From the IMG/VR virus record IMGVR_UViG_3300044959_000131, positions 32,001 to 96,000 of that record: a stretch of DNA of 64,000 bases, one strand, 5' to 3'. The notes beneath the pieces were generated by a model. It saw nothing but the letters and a program-made list of their open reading frames with translations. It did not search any database and was not told where the DNA came from. Source of the stretch: a virus. This document shows, one piece after another, positions 28,901 through 36,834 of the stretch (position 1 is its first letter; each line of letters starts with the position of its first letter). A program made the translations under genes and the position numbers.

Positions 28901-31223
28901 AGGGATCAAGACGTGGGAAGGTTCCAATGACCTGCCTCACGGAGAGATTTCTGGAAACATCGTTCGAATCCGTACCGGTGACGGAGGTAATAACAAGATC
29001 GGCATCTACGCCAGAGGTTCTTGCAGCCTAATCGGAAATCAAATCTTCAACGCCGCCGGAGAGGTAACAGGTACAACAGGACACATCGGAATTCGTCTTG
29101 ATTCAGAAACAGAGACGAGGGTCATTGGTAACTCAGTCATCTTCTCTGCTGGTAGCTACATATGCATGTCAGTTGAGGGTGTCACACATGCAGCCCTCAT
29201 CAATAACAACGTATTCCAGTCAACCGGAAAGGCACTCGTTTTCTCTGGCGGTTCGTCGACAAGGCTCGTTGCCTCTTACAATAGAATTGTAGGAACCGCA
29301 GCAGCTGTTGAGGTACTGATCGCGGATATCTTCAACGGTAACTACCTCGTCGGTCCTGTAACGAGGCCCAATCCTGGTAGATTCCGTTCCATCGACGGGA
29401 ATTTCTTCTATGGAGACGTCAACATAACAATCAATGGTTCTACTTATGGTGGATCTTCTGTATCGAACAACTGGTTCAATGGAACTCTTGATCTTGAAGG
29501 GTCGGGATCCGAGCACGTAGACTTCTTTGGAAACCTTTTTGGTGGAGCATTCTCGACAACAGACGTAATTGTAAATGCACACAAGAACTATTTTGTTGGA
29601 TCCGAAACAACAGTCAATTTCGGATATGCAGGAATACAGCCACACATCATCAAAGACAACGTCTTTAGCGGATCGAATCAGACTATTAACATCGACGCAT
29701 CGGCTAGGGTCATAGGCAATAGTTTTATTGGTATCTCTCAAACATTGAACTTCGGAGATTCTGGTCACGGTAGTAATTCATACCGCCAAGAGTTCAAAGA
29801 CAATTACTGTCTCTGTAATACGAACATCTACTCGGATTTTACAACTTATTTGGTTGTCGAAGGAAACTTCATGATCGGACCTTCATCAATTGAGGAGGTA
29901 GACCGATTTAGCAACAACGTATTGTACGCTCTATACGCTCCTGCAAGTGGAAAGATCGTAGGACGTAGTTTTCTCGATACTGGAGGTAGAGCACCTGCAT
30001 CTGGAAATGTTATCTTCATTCCCTCTGGTAGCTTGAGCTTCGAGAATCTCGATTTCAGTTCTTGTGATATCAGAATAGTGAGTGGTGGATTAGCTCGATT
30101 CAAGGACTGCTCTATCCTTGGATGCAGTCTTCGTGTACAAGGATCTGGAGGATTCCCACTTGCTACATATGGTGGATCAACTGGTGGTTGTAGGATTGTC
30201 GGTTGCAAGGCCTACTCTGGTTTGTCTATTACGGTTAACGATGCCGACACTGAAGTACTCGTCGCCGACACGAAAGTATCAGGAGTATCAAGCGCGTTGA
30301 CCATCTCAAAGACTAACAACAATCAGAGGGCTGTCGTCAAAGACTGTGTCGTATCTGGAAATTTGATCGTCTCTGGAGGCTTCTTCCAGGACAGCATCGA
30401 TATTTCCGGCTGTATCGTAGGCGGCTATCTGAGCGCGCAGTCCGGTGGCGGTGTTGGTCGATGCACGGTATCGAACAGTACATTTAACTCCCTCGCCATA
30501 CATTCTGTAGGAGCTGGACAAGAGGTTCATGTAGATGGATGCCTATTCAAAGGTAAACTTACCATAGGAGGATATGGCAATATAGTTACTATCAGCAGTA
30601 ACTTCATTGGAAATGGACTTGAGTTTGTCAACGATGCTTCAGGCGGTACAGGTCTCCGCTACACAATTGATGGTAATACCATCATCTCTGATCACGGTAC
30701 TCACGGTATCTCTTTCCCAGCCATTAATTTAGGAGTCGACGGTTTTCAGCATATCGTCATTTCTAACAACAACATCAATGTCGCAGAAGGAACAGCCAGC
30801 GCCGGACCAGCTGTCATGGCTTCTGGGATCTACTTTGCTGATGGAGTTAGTAATGTAGTAATTGTTGGTAACTCCATCTCTCTGGGCAACGGAGTTGGCG
30901 ACCCAGGAGGAACGGGCTCTTACGTGTACGCCGGTATTCAAGCTGGTAGTGTCAACACGGGTGGTGGACCGGTCTCAGCCTGTAGAAACTGGGTCATCTC
31001 AGGTAATCGAATCTCCATTGGTAGTTCCTTAAGTGGGCATTCTTTCAGATCAGGTGCATTGACGATTTCCTACATGTACATTCGACTTAACGGAAACGCT
31101 TATGGAACAAGCGTCTCCGGGAACATAATGACCCAATCGTACGGTTTACCGTCAAACACTGCTCCACAGAACGGAGCTCACTACTTTAGAGACGTTACAA
31201 CTGCACCTTACACTGTTCCATAA
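25962..31223 (+). CDS. Tail fibre/tailspike with extensive right-handed beta-helix (pectin-lyase-like) repeats; putative depolymerase
   Basis: VVTVGVGGQFSKLEDAVKF is the typical beta-helix cap. More than 1100 aa of IxxN/IxGN ladder repeats follow. It is the last structural gene before the lysis genes. Confidence 0.8.
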   Translation: MAQMEFFRRPQLAGNNIPRLISATVRGSIRRSDPDGISPSPYFPGVSAGQTLDLKIDGAPVSVTLTGNTLSTVLDDINTALGPSGYAYSEDGVIAIQTNQLGANGSVEIVGGTAAAALGFDISLGQIRSTGGDIPSTPEGRVGNWFGVSFPNRNDNLTSESLNRPLARLAGNLDVLFSEHVREDALPRKINFTVSPDGRILTPNSADDVRVFTGLGLLSKDSTKEELAPFFFLVDTVTKLPPASRVVGVVRGTPSGLPPYADATSWTGPGSTGNVLGVDLQKSAGTITSIKNGRVIQVAGANFIADKVRPGDYVKITGATNLTPWSNNGYRWVVEEVIDAQHIAVRPMSKSELAHVGTSSTEAQPIVELNMAKSATEVYGSVEIWTGTYMNDVRIVVDPPIPSGATYELFLSSPGDLRSKRTYESQFKDVANREWASDLRPSPNVLLVSPTVASWNSSSVVLTGGYARFSDRVVYIPPKTFTAADFSTPGVNYVYWDKDTNEIKTTRSHVKVVNSDPTQPPGSGFAGDTQASQHIIAEVWKSGSNISSVLFEGRAVGEEASHRVVTVGVGGQFSKLEDAVKFINRWAKGNNFRTSTYPQFEIVIVSDTTVDFSTITNNNNDYPGLPSIFFDASVRVRGASPNVKLVLKNYASGTPFDCGYSGSGTYQFEDLTITCDSSFSSATLFFARSGSNIFFKNVRTLTDQGVGGFLESSGLTAVIDSCVITGIRASLVKTSVASSSCDFEVFNSKVSMHSVVNSSPGIFYGTVGEVFYARRLVVRDCAFTDLSTDQGYAGRPLIGKFFLYTVFDGCTFSGVSGGLTPGQNSVLFKFVAGGDGGLFISKCQTSLLLPPTRCFIDSGSQQDRCYIDSCRIVLSPDDPSAPGIRAGSVTNCDIIGLTGTNQTLVAVSRRFAGNHVSGSAAIGVRNDLTYQTGSNFFADISYNRFELSGGTSILVTSNGQNNNGVTVHGNQILLQGANAVGIKTWEGSNDLPHGEISGNIVRIRTGDGGNNKIGIYARGSCSLIGNQIFNAAGEVTGTTGHIGIRLDSETETRVIGNSVIFSAGSYICMSVEGVTHAALINNNVFQSTGKALVFSGGSSTRLVASYNRIVGTAAAVEVLIADIFNGNYLVGPVTRPNPGRFRSIDGNFFYGDVNITINGSTYGGSSVSNNWFNGTLDLEGSGSEHVDFFGNLFGGAFSTTDVIVNAHKNYFVGSETTVNFGYAGIQPHIIKDNVFSGSNQTINIDASARVIGNSFIGISQTLNFGDSGHGSNSYRQEFKDNYCLCNTNIYSDFTTYLVVEGNFMIGPSSIEEVDRFSNNVLYALYAPASGKIVGRSFLDTGGRAPASGNVIFIPSGSLSFENLDFSSCDIRIVSGGLARFKDCSILGCSLRVQGSGGFPLATYGGSTGGCRIVGCKAYSGLSITVNDADTEVLVADTKVSGVSSALTISKTNNNQRAVVKDCVVSGNLIVSGGFFQDSIDISGCIVGGYLSAQSGGGVGRCTVSNSTFNSLAIHSVGAGQEVHVDGCLFKGKLTIGGYGNIVTISSNFIGNGLEFVNDASGGTGLRYTIDGNTIISDHGTHGISFPAINLGVDGFQHIVISNNNINVAEGTASAGPAVMASGIYFADGVSNVVIVGNSISLGNGVGDPGGTGSYVYAGIQAGSVNTGGGPVSACRNWVISGNRISIGSSLSGHSFRSGALTISYMYIRLNGNAYGTSVSGNIMTQSYGLPSNTAPQNGAHYFRDVTTAPYTVP

Positions 31224-31236
31224 GGAGGAAAAGACC

Positions 31237-31818
31237 ATGAGAACGATTGTACTTTCTGCTCTACTTACATCCTCTGTTGCTTTCGCAGACGTCGAAATCC
31301 AAGATTCCGGCACCAATTTAGATGGTGGAGTTTCATCTTCTGTCGAAGCTCCTGCTCCGATGGGTCTAGGAGAGGCATCGAATCTCGTGAAAACCGTGTT
31401 CACGAGCGTCAAAGAGGGCAACTGGTGGATGGCAGCCGGTGCCTTACTCGTTTTGGTTGTCGGCCTCTTGAGAGGCATCGGCAGAAAGTTCCACGAGTGG
31501 CTTCCAGACAACAACATCATGGATAAGCCACTTATCTTCCTCTACGACACAAAGATTGGTGGATGGGTGCTGAACTGGTTGACTGCGACAGCCGGAGGCA
31601 TCGCAACAGCCATGGCTGCTGGTGTAACCGTTGACTGGTCTCTCTGGAAGTCAGTTCTCATGGTCTCGACATCCGGCACGGCTCTGTTCGAGCTCTACTC
31701 CGACATCAAGGAGTGGTGGGTTGCGAGACAAGAGGCCAAGAAGAAGGCTGCCGAAGAAGAAGCTGCAAAGAAAGAAGCACTTGTATCCACTCAGCCGACG
31801 GACGTTCAAAATCCCTGA
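31237..31818 (+). CDS. Multi-pass membrane protein with a signal-peptide-like N-terminus (holin/lysis-associated candidate)
   Basis: MRTIVLSALLTSSVAFA (AFA cleavage-like site), 2-3 hydrophobic helices and a highly charged C-terminal tail. Directly precedes the spanins. Confidence 0.55.
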   Translation: MRTIVLSALLTSSVAFADVEIQDSGTNLDGGVSSSVEAPAPMGLGEASNLVKTVFTSVKEGNWWMAAGALLVLVVGLLRGIGRKFHEWLPDNNIMDKPLIFLYDTKIGGWVLNWLTATAGGIATAMAAGVTVDWSLWKSVLMVSTSGTALFELYSDIKEWWVARQEAKKKAAEEEAAKKEALVSTQPTDVQNP

Positions 31819-31821
31819 CCA

Positions 31822-32127
31822 ATGGCTACTGCTATCCTGTCCGCACTGGCCGCTCTCTTTGGCCTCATCAGCACAGCCCTGACTTCTGGAGTGAATACGC
31901 TCAAGAAGGAGAACGAGGCTCTCAAGAAGGAGAACGCCGACCTCAAGGCTCAACTACAGTCGGCCAAGGAGACGGCGGCGACCGAGCTCAATGAGGCTAT
32001 AGCGCGTCGAGAGAAGGTCATTTCTGAACTCAAGGCAGAACTTGAGCGCTTGGAGAAGGACAATGAGGCCCAGAAAGATCCTTCTGTTGTCAGGGCTCGT
32101 CTTAGCCGGTTGCTCAACCCTCTGTAG
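31822..32127 (+). CDS. Inner-membrane spanin (Rz-like)
   Basis: N-terminal TM (AILSALAALFGLISTAL) plus a long coiled coil. A lipoprotein gene overlaps its 3' end. Confidence 0.75.
   Translation: MATAILSALAALFGLISTALTSGVNTLKKENEALKKENADLKAQLQSAKETAATELNEAIARREKVISELKAELERLEKDNEAQKDPSVVRARLSRLLNPL
31900..31947 (+). repeat. 21-nt tandem duplication encoding coiled-coil heptads (LKKENEA-LKKENAD-LK)
   Basis: ctcaagaaggagaacgaggct / ctcaagaaggagaacgccgac / ctcaag. Confidence 0.85.
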
Positions 32128-32395
32128 GGACTATTGCAGGCAGGATGAGCAAACACCCGTGCAGGTGGTGTCATCAGTAACCCCCTGCCTCGCAGAGCCG
32201 CCGCCGGTCGAGAGGTCGGTCACGCCGACCGTCGATGAATCCTGTCCAAAACAGTTCGTTCTCTGCTTGGAAGTTGATGCGGGGCTGGATTTGGAGTACA
32301 ACATCCGCACAACGAGACGGTGGATGAAAGAGGCTTGGGCTCGTTGTGGAACTGTGCTCGATGCCGGAGTGATGGCATTTGACGCCGGTGACTAA
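32063..32395 (+). CDS. Outer-membrane lipoprotein spanin (Rz1-like)
   Basis: Start at ATG 32063 after GGAG gives MRPRKILLLSGLVLAG-C (lipobox LAGC, Cys17). Pro-rich middle, several further Cys. Overlaps the i-spanin by 65 nt in another frame. Confidence 0.8.
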   Translation: MRPRKILLLSGLVLAGCSTLCRDYCRQDEQTPVQVVSSVTPCLAEPPPVERSVTPTVDESCPKQFVLCLEVDAGLDLEYNIRTTRRWMKEAWARCGTVLDAGVMAFDAGD

Positions 32396-32434
32396 ACCGT
32401 ATCCCAGAGGCACTTTCAGCTCTGTGGAGGTACC

Positions 32435-32686
32435 ATGGGACTGAGAGAACGCCTGCTCGGTGTTGCGGGTAGCGGTAAGAGACCAACTCTCGTCATCTAC
32501 TGGGCTGACACACGAAAGCTTCTGACGTACATGGAGAGGGTACTTCTTCACCAATCCGCAGAGGTAATCTCTGTGACTCCTCTTGAGGTACTACTCCAGG
32601 ATATCAAGAGTGGTAGAAAGGTAGTCGTTCGGGGCATTACTGATGAGCATTTGCCGGAAGGCCTTTACTTTGACTCTGAAAGCTAA
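32435..32686 (+). CDS. Hypothetical protein
   Basis: GGAGG RBS. 83 aa. Last gene of the + block. Confidence 0.65.
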   Translation: MGLRERLLGVAGSGKRPTLVIYWADTRKLLTYMERVLLHQSAEVISVTPLEVLLQDIKSGRKVVVRGITDEHLPEGLYFDSES

Positions 32687-32714
32687 AAAAGAGGCTAGGA
32701 GTCCCTAGCCTCTT
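32685..32714 (-). terminator. Rho-independent terminator at the convergence of the two gene blocks
   Basis: 11-bp inverted repeat AAGAGGCTAGG (32689-99) / CCTAGCCTCTT (32704-14) with a 4-nt loop. On the - strand the stem is followed by TTTTTT. Confidence 0.85.
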
Positions 32715-32735
32715 AAAGCCCTACGGTGCCCCTGC

Positions 32736-32939
32736 TCACCTCGAAGCGACCGCTGCATTCACGATCTTCGTGAGGATTACGGAGCGCTTCGTACCTCGCG
32801 GAATGACGATTCCGAGCTTCGTATCAGCGAACTCGATGAGCTCTTCGTCAGAGAGCTTCTCCAGGTCTGCGCTGTCGACCGCTAGGTACGTCGTAGGGGC
32901 AATGGTATTCGGACGCCGACCAGCAGGAGGCGGGCTCAC
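32736..32939 (-). CDS. Small protein with a Rho N-terminal-like (helix-extended-helix) domain; start uncertain
   Basis: DLEKLSDEELIEFADTKLGIVIPRGTKRSVILTKI resembles Rho_N. The GTG start has no properly spaced RBS. Confidence 0.55.
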   Translation of the reverse strand: MSPPPAGRRPNTIAPTTYLAVDSADLEKLSDEELIEFADTKLGIVIPRGTKRSVILTKIVNAAVASR

Positions 32940-32965
32940 CTCCTGCTGCGTCTGTGCCGACGTCC

Positions 32966-33937
32966 CTACTGAGGGAGGTACTTGCTGATGTACGTCTTGA
33001 AGCCTGGAAGAGTGGTACCTTCCTGTCCAGCGCTCTGGCCCAGAGTCCCAGTGCTGAGGTAGATGTGGTGGACAGCAGCCATCAGCATCTCGACTGACTT
33101 CTTGAGATCGACGAACTGCGTTGCCAACGACATCAGGGATTTGTTGGTCTCAGACGTCTGGGCCGATAGGTTCCCGACCATCGTCCTGAAGTCTTTTCCC
33201 TGCCGTTCGAGCTCTTCAGACACCATCGACAGCCCCTTACCAATGGAGTCGATCTTGGACACAATGTCGTTCAGGATGGACGTCTGTTGGGAAGGCTGTG
33301 GTGGCGACACTGGTGAAACTGGGGCAGAAAGAACCACCGCCCCAGAATTTTGAACAGGTGGTGCGACCGGAACCTGTGCTGGCTGAACAGCAGGAACCTG
33401 TGCTGGTTGAACAGCAACAGTAGGTGCAGCAACAGGTGCCGCGAGTGGCGGTGGTGCTACTGCTGACTGTAGACCTTTTGGAGCTGGCCTCTTGAGCCCT
33501 GTAGTAGGCGGTGCAGAGGGAGGATCCTGTGGAGGGGGAATCGGAGTCTGAGCAGCGGCAATGGCCTGTGCCGGAGAAGCTACCGGTTGAGGCTGGAACT
33601 GTTGCATGGAGATAGGTGATTGTACGGCGGGTCCTGAATTGGTTCCGTTAGTTTGCACAGTTGCTCCAATCTGTTGCGACGCTTGGTTGTTGACTACCTG
33701 TGAATTGTTTCGGTCATCCGTAATCCATCCCTGAGCGAGCTCGTATTCGAGAACTTTGTTCCTTACCATATCTCTATCGCTCAGGGTTTCGTGGTAGCTC
33801 ATCAGTGCTGTGCCGTCTGGCTTCTTGTACTGCTCCGTTACGGCTTTCCTGATAGCCAGGAACTTGCACGTCAGGAGCTGTTCTTTCCTCACCGAGTATG
33901 GGATCGGAGACTCTGGAGGGAACTTAGGGTCACTCAT
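32966..33937 (-). CDS. Pro/Gln/Ala-rich protein with a C-terminal coiled coil
   Basis: 323-aa ORF with a folded N-terminus, a low-complexity linker and a heptad C-terminus. Confidence 0.75.
   Translation of the reverse strand: MSDPKFPPESPIPYSVRKEQLLTCKFLAIRKAVTEQYKKPDGTALMSYHETLSDRDMVRNKVLEYELAQGWITDDRNNSQVVNNQASQQIGATVQTNGTNSGPAVQSPISMQQFQPQPVASPAQAIAAAQTPIPPPQDPPSAPPTTGLKRPAPKGLQSAVAPPPLAAPVAAPTVAVQPAQVPAVQPAQVPVAPPVQNSGAVVLSAPVSPVSPPQPSQQTSILNDIVSKIDSIGKGLSMVSEELERQGKDFRTMVGNLSAQTSETNKSLMSLATQFVDLKKSVEMLMAAVHHIYLSTGTLGQSAGQEGTTLPGFKTYISKYLPQ
33369..33416. repeat. 24-nt tandem duplication (AVQPAQVP x2) in a low-complexity linker
   Basis: ggaacctgtgctggctgaacagca / ggaacctgtgctggttgaacagca. 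Confidence 0.85.
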
Positions 33938-34151
33938 TGTTTTCTCCTTCTTCTTGTCGTTCTTCTGGTTTCTCCAACATGGCTTTGACAGCTAATTCTT
34001 CGCCAAATTTCTCCATCATCTGAGCCCTTGCCAGGTAAACCGGCTCTTCCACCGGTTCGTAAAGAACGCAAGTGAAATCTGCGAGAACCTTTTCGACACT
34101 CGTCTGTGCGCAGTTACCTAGGCGCGAGCAGCTCAGACAGTCGCCTCTCAT
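33930..34151 (-). CDS. Small Cys-rich protein
   Basis: CLSC...C...C. ATGA-coupled to the upstream gene. Confidence 0.7.
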   Translation of the reverse strand: MRGDCLSCSRLGNCAQTSVEKVLADFTCVLYEPVEEPVYLARAQMMEKFGEELAVKAMLEKPEERQEEGENNE

Positions 34152-34480
34152 TTGATACCTACCACATTCTTGTTTGGCTCAAAGCACAAAGCATGTCGGC
34201 CCTCTGAGCATGGGAAGGTCGTACACTTCCCATTGCATCCCGGAAGCTGACTCCTGCACTTATCCCAGTACCTGGCAATGAAGTCCTCGAGCATCTTCCG
34301 GCTATATTTCGTGTCGGCATAGTGCTCAGGAGCTGGGTCCTCTTCTCCTCGTACGATTCTGACTAGGAGGTCTTTCGGAAGACCTCTCCGGAGATGTCCC
34401 AGTCCCTGAGCCTTTGCCAACGCTAGTAGCTCTGTCTCGTTACAAGTGTAAAGAACCGAATCGTCAATCTGTGTCGTCAT
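34148..34480 (-). CDS. Rho_N-like domain plus C-terminal Cys cluster
   Basis: Start moved to ATG 34480 (AAGGAAG RBS). CNETELLALAKAQGLGHLRRGLPKDLLVRI is Rho_N-like. C-terminal C..C.GKC..FPC....H..C. Confidence 0.65.
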   Translation of the reverse strand: MTTQIDDSVLYTCNETELLALAKAQGLGHLRRGLPKDLLVRIVRGEEDPAPEHYADTKYSRKMLEDFIARYWDKCRSQLPGCNGKCTTFPCSEGRHALCFEPNKNVVGIK

Positions 34481-34886
34481 CGGCTTCCTTGGTGAATCGC
34501 TTCCATCTAGAGAGCCACCCATATTTGGACTTGTCGATATGAAGCTCTGCGAGCTCCTCTACCGATGGACATGAGCCGCAGAATGGGAACGGCATCTCTT
34601 TGCACGTCGCGAGTTCTGTTATTACATATGTCTCTGGTTGTTCTCCCCTGTGTAAGTCAGCTATCGACTTCCATCGTGGACACATCACCTGTTCGATCTT
34701 CTTCTCTTGAACCTCGAAGAAGAGCGTAAACCTACTATTCGGGCAAGTATGGCAATGTGGCCTAGTCTTCAACAGGCACGAGGCCCTATGTACTTTCTCG
34801 ACGATCTCTGGGTCTTCTGGAACAGGATGACAGAGTACAAACCGTCCTGACACTCCCTCCTTTATCGGCTTGTCGTCATCACTCAC
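34464..34886 (-). CDS. Cys-rich hypothetical protein
   Basis: Start moved to GTG 34886 after AGGAGGAGG. Contains CHTC, CPRW and FCGSCPS motifs. Confidence 0.65.
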   Translation of the reverse strand: MSDDDKPIKEGVSGRFVLCHPVPEDPEIVEKVHRASCLLKTRPHCHTCPNSRFTLFFEVQEKKIEQVMCPRWKSIADLHRGEQPETYVITELATCKEMPFPFCGSCPSVEELAELHIDKSKYGWLSRWKRFTKEADDDTD

Positions 34887-34896
34887 ATACCTCCTC

Positions 34897-35337
34897 CTAG
34901 AAGATGCCAAACAGTTTCGGATTTAATTCTTCAATCTCGATCTCGACTCTCGGATTCTTCTTGTCGAGGTGTTTCTCTTGAGAAGCCGCAAATGTCTGGG
35001 AATCGTCGATGTCCAACGCATCCCTGACACAGTCTTCCAAGAGCTTAATCCTGTTTGTGAGGTCAATCCTCTTATACCGAGACTTTGCCCTTCTTGATGG
35101 TGGCTTTGTAACGTCGTCCCAAGTTTCGTTGATGAGATTGTCGAAGAAGAACTTGAGATGAAGACCGAATATCCCCTTGGTGTTCATCTCCGAAATCTCT
35201 GGGAGGAACTGCTTGGCGAAGGCGGCAAATTTCTCTGCGTAGACTCGAGCTTCTTTTGTCAGGATGGTCCCTCGAATGTATATCTTGTTTGATGTTGGAG
35301 GTAGTTCGTTGAACACCATCTTCAAGTAGGTGCGCAT
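34897..35337 (-). CDS. rusA: RusA-family Holliday junction resolvase
   Basis: LPPTSNKIY...DLTNRIKLLEDCV...DDSQ...PRVEIEI motifs. Confidence 0.85.
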   Translation of the reverse strand: MRTYLKMVFNELPPTSNKIYIRGTILTKEARVYAEKFAAFAKQFLPEISEMNTKGIFGLHLKFFFDNLINETWDDVTKPPSRRAKSRYKRIDLTNRIKLLEDCVRDALDIDDSQTFAASQEKHLDKKNPRVEIEIEELNPKLFGIF

Positions 35338-36341
35338 CAGAGAATCTCCGCCCCTGCCTTGTAGAGCTTTTCGAAGAACTCATTTCTCTTGGATCCGGAC
35401 AGTCCTGATTCCTCTGCCGCCTCGAACTGGTTCCAGTTCCCGTACATCATCATCCGAATGGCTTTGATTTCAGAGCGGCTGAGTGTTGTTCCATACAGGT
35501 CGTACTCCTCGAATAGTGACCAAACTCTCGGCCAGATGCTCTTGATGATCTCTCCGACGGCATTTGCGTACTGTCGGATTTCCCATTGTGCAGCTGGTCG
35601 CATTCGAAGATTGAGGAATCCAAGCCAGTTCCTGAGATTGGCCTTCGCTCGCATCTTCGAGTAGCGAGAGACTGGGGTGTTGAGTCGAGCAACCTCCTTC
35701 GGAACCCCAGCCTTCAAGCTCTCTTCGTAGTTATCGTAGATCTCTCGCTGCTCTTCGACGAAAACATTCCTGATATCATCGAAGTTCGCTTCAATGTGAT
35801 CGTACGATGTAATGCTCGATTCCTGCTTGTTACCAGATTTCTTGGGTGTGAACCGATCAATCTCAGGGACGTAGTGAAGGTCTGGCATCTGAGAGTATCG
35901 AGCCGAGAACTCGTTGAAACTTTGGGTGCGGTGCCGCATCCACTCTCTGAACACCATGATTGGCGCCTGGACTTCGATGACGAGCTCACACATCTCGAAG
36001 GGTGTAGCATGCTTGTGGCGCCATAGGTTATCGAGAAGTCCAAGGTCCCCTTTCGGGAAATGAGTGAACTCTTGGGATGTGACCGGATTGTTCTCACACT
36101 TATCGCAGGTCTTTTCTGCTCCATCTTGGTTGAACGGAATCGGCTTTGACTTCTCTGGATCCGATTGGTCCAGTTTCCAGACGGACTCGCATGTCTTGCA
36201 GCGGTAGTATGGATCCCACGACACGAATCCCCTGCCTGTGCTCATCCGTGCGGCTTCGACGATGGTCTCGTCGGTGCCCATCGAATCGATGTACTTCACG
36301 TATCCATGGTCGAGAACTTTGAAGGTAGTTCCTTTTTCCAT
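35337..36341 (-). CDS. thyX: FAD-dependent thymidylate synthase with a Zn-ribbon-like insertion
   Basis: VLDHGYVKY...IVEAARMS...HATPFE...REWMRHRTQSFNEFSARYS (ThyX motif). Confidence 0.95.
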   Translation of the reverse strand: MEKGTTFKVLDHGYVKYIDSMGTDETIVEAARMSTGRGFVSWDPYYRCKTCESVWKLDQSDPEKSKPIPFNQDGAEKTCDKCENNPVTSQEFTHFPKGDLGLLDNLWRHKHATPFEMCELVIEVQAPIMVFREWMRHRTQSFNEFSARYSQMPDLHYVPEIDRFTPKKSGNKQESSITSYDHIEANFDDIRNVFVEEQREIYDNYEESLKAGVPKEVARLNTPVSRYSKMRAKANLRNWLGFLNLRMRPAAQWEIRQYANAVGEIIKSIWPRVWSLFEEYDLYGTTLSRSEIKAIRMMMYGNWNQFEAAEESGLSGSKRNEFFEKLYKAGAEIL

Positions 36342-36351
36342 GATCTACTTT

Positions 36352-36558
36352 CTAAAGTGAATCTGCATACTTCTCAAACGCTTCTGTAGCCTCATCAAGA
36401 GACTCGAATGGGCCATATAGAAAGGCCCATGTTTCGTCGGAGAAGTACCATCCAGCTTTTGTTACACCAGACCCTGGCTCGTACTTTTTGAGATCGTCTT
36501 CTGAAATGAACATGAGTGGGCTTCTGATGTTTAGCTTATCTTCTTGTCTTTCACTCAT
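36352..36558 (-). CDS. Hypothetical protein
   Basis: 68 aa with AGWYFSDETW..LYGPFES. Overlaps the upstream stop. Confidence 0.65.
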   Translation of the reverse strand: MSERQEDKLNIRSPLMFISEDDLKKYEPGSGVTKAGWYFSDETWAFLYGPFESLDEATEAFEKYADSL

Positions 36559-36814
36559 TTTCTTCTGCCTCGGCGAGTCTTTTGTACATCATGTCCATCG
36601 CTTCTTTCGTAGGAACCCCCTCATGAAGTGAGTGGTAATGGCTCGCTGCGTGTGTGCCGTTCTTCTTGATTAGGACGTAGCCAATCGAGCTGAAACCGCG
36701 AGAGGCATGACGATTCAGTTTTACAATGGCCCATTTCTTACCCTCCTTGACGACTTCCGGATTGAGGACATCAAAGTCCTTTCCGTAGTACATCTTCAAC
36801 CACTGCGCCGACAT
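36551..36814 (-). CDS. Hypothetical protein
   Basis: AAGGAG RBS. 87 aa. Confidence 0.65.
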   Translation of the reverse strand: MSAQWLKMYYGKDFDVLNPEVVKEGKKWAIVKLNRHASRGFSSIGYVLIKKNGTHAASHYHSLHEGVPTKEAMDMMYKRLAEAEENE

Positions 36815-36834
36815 CTACTTCTCCTTCAATGAAG

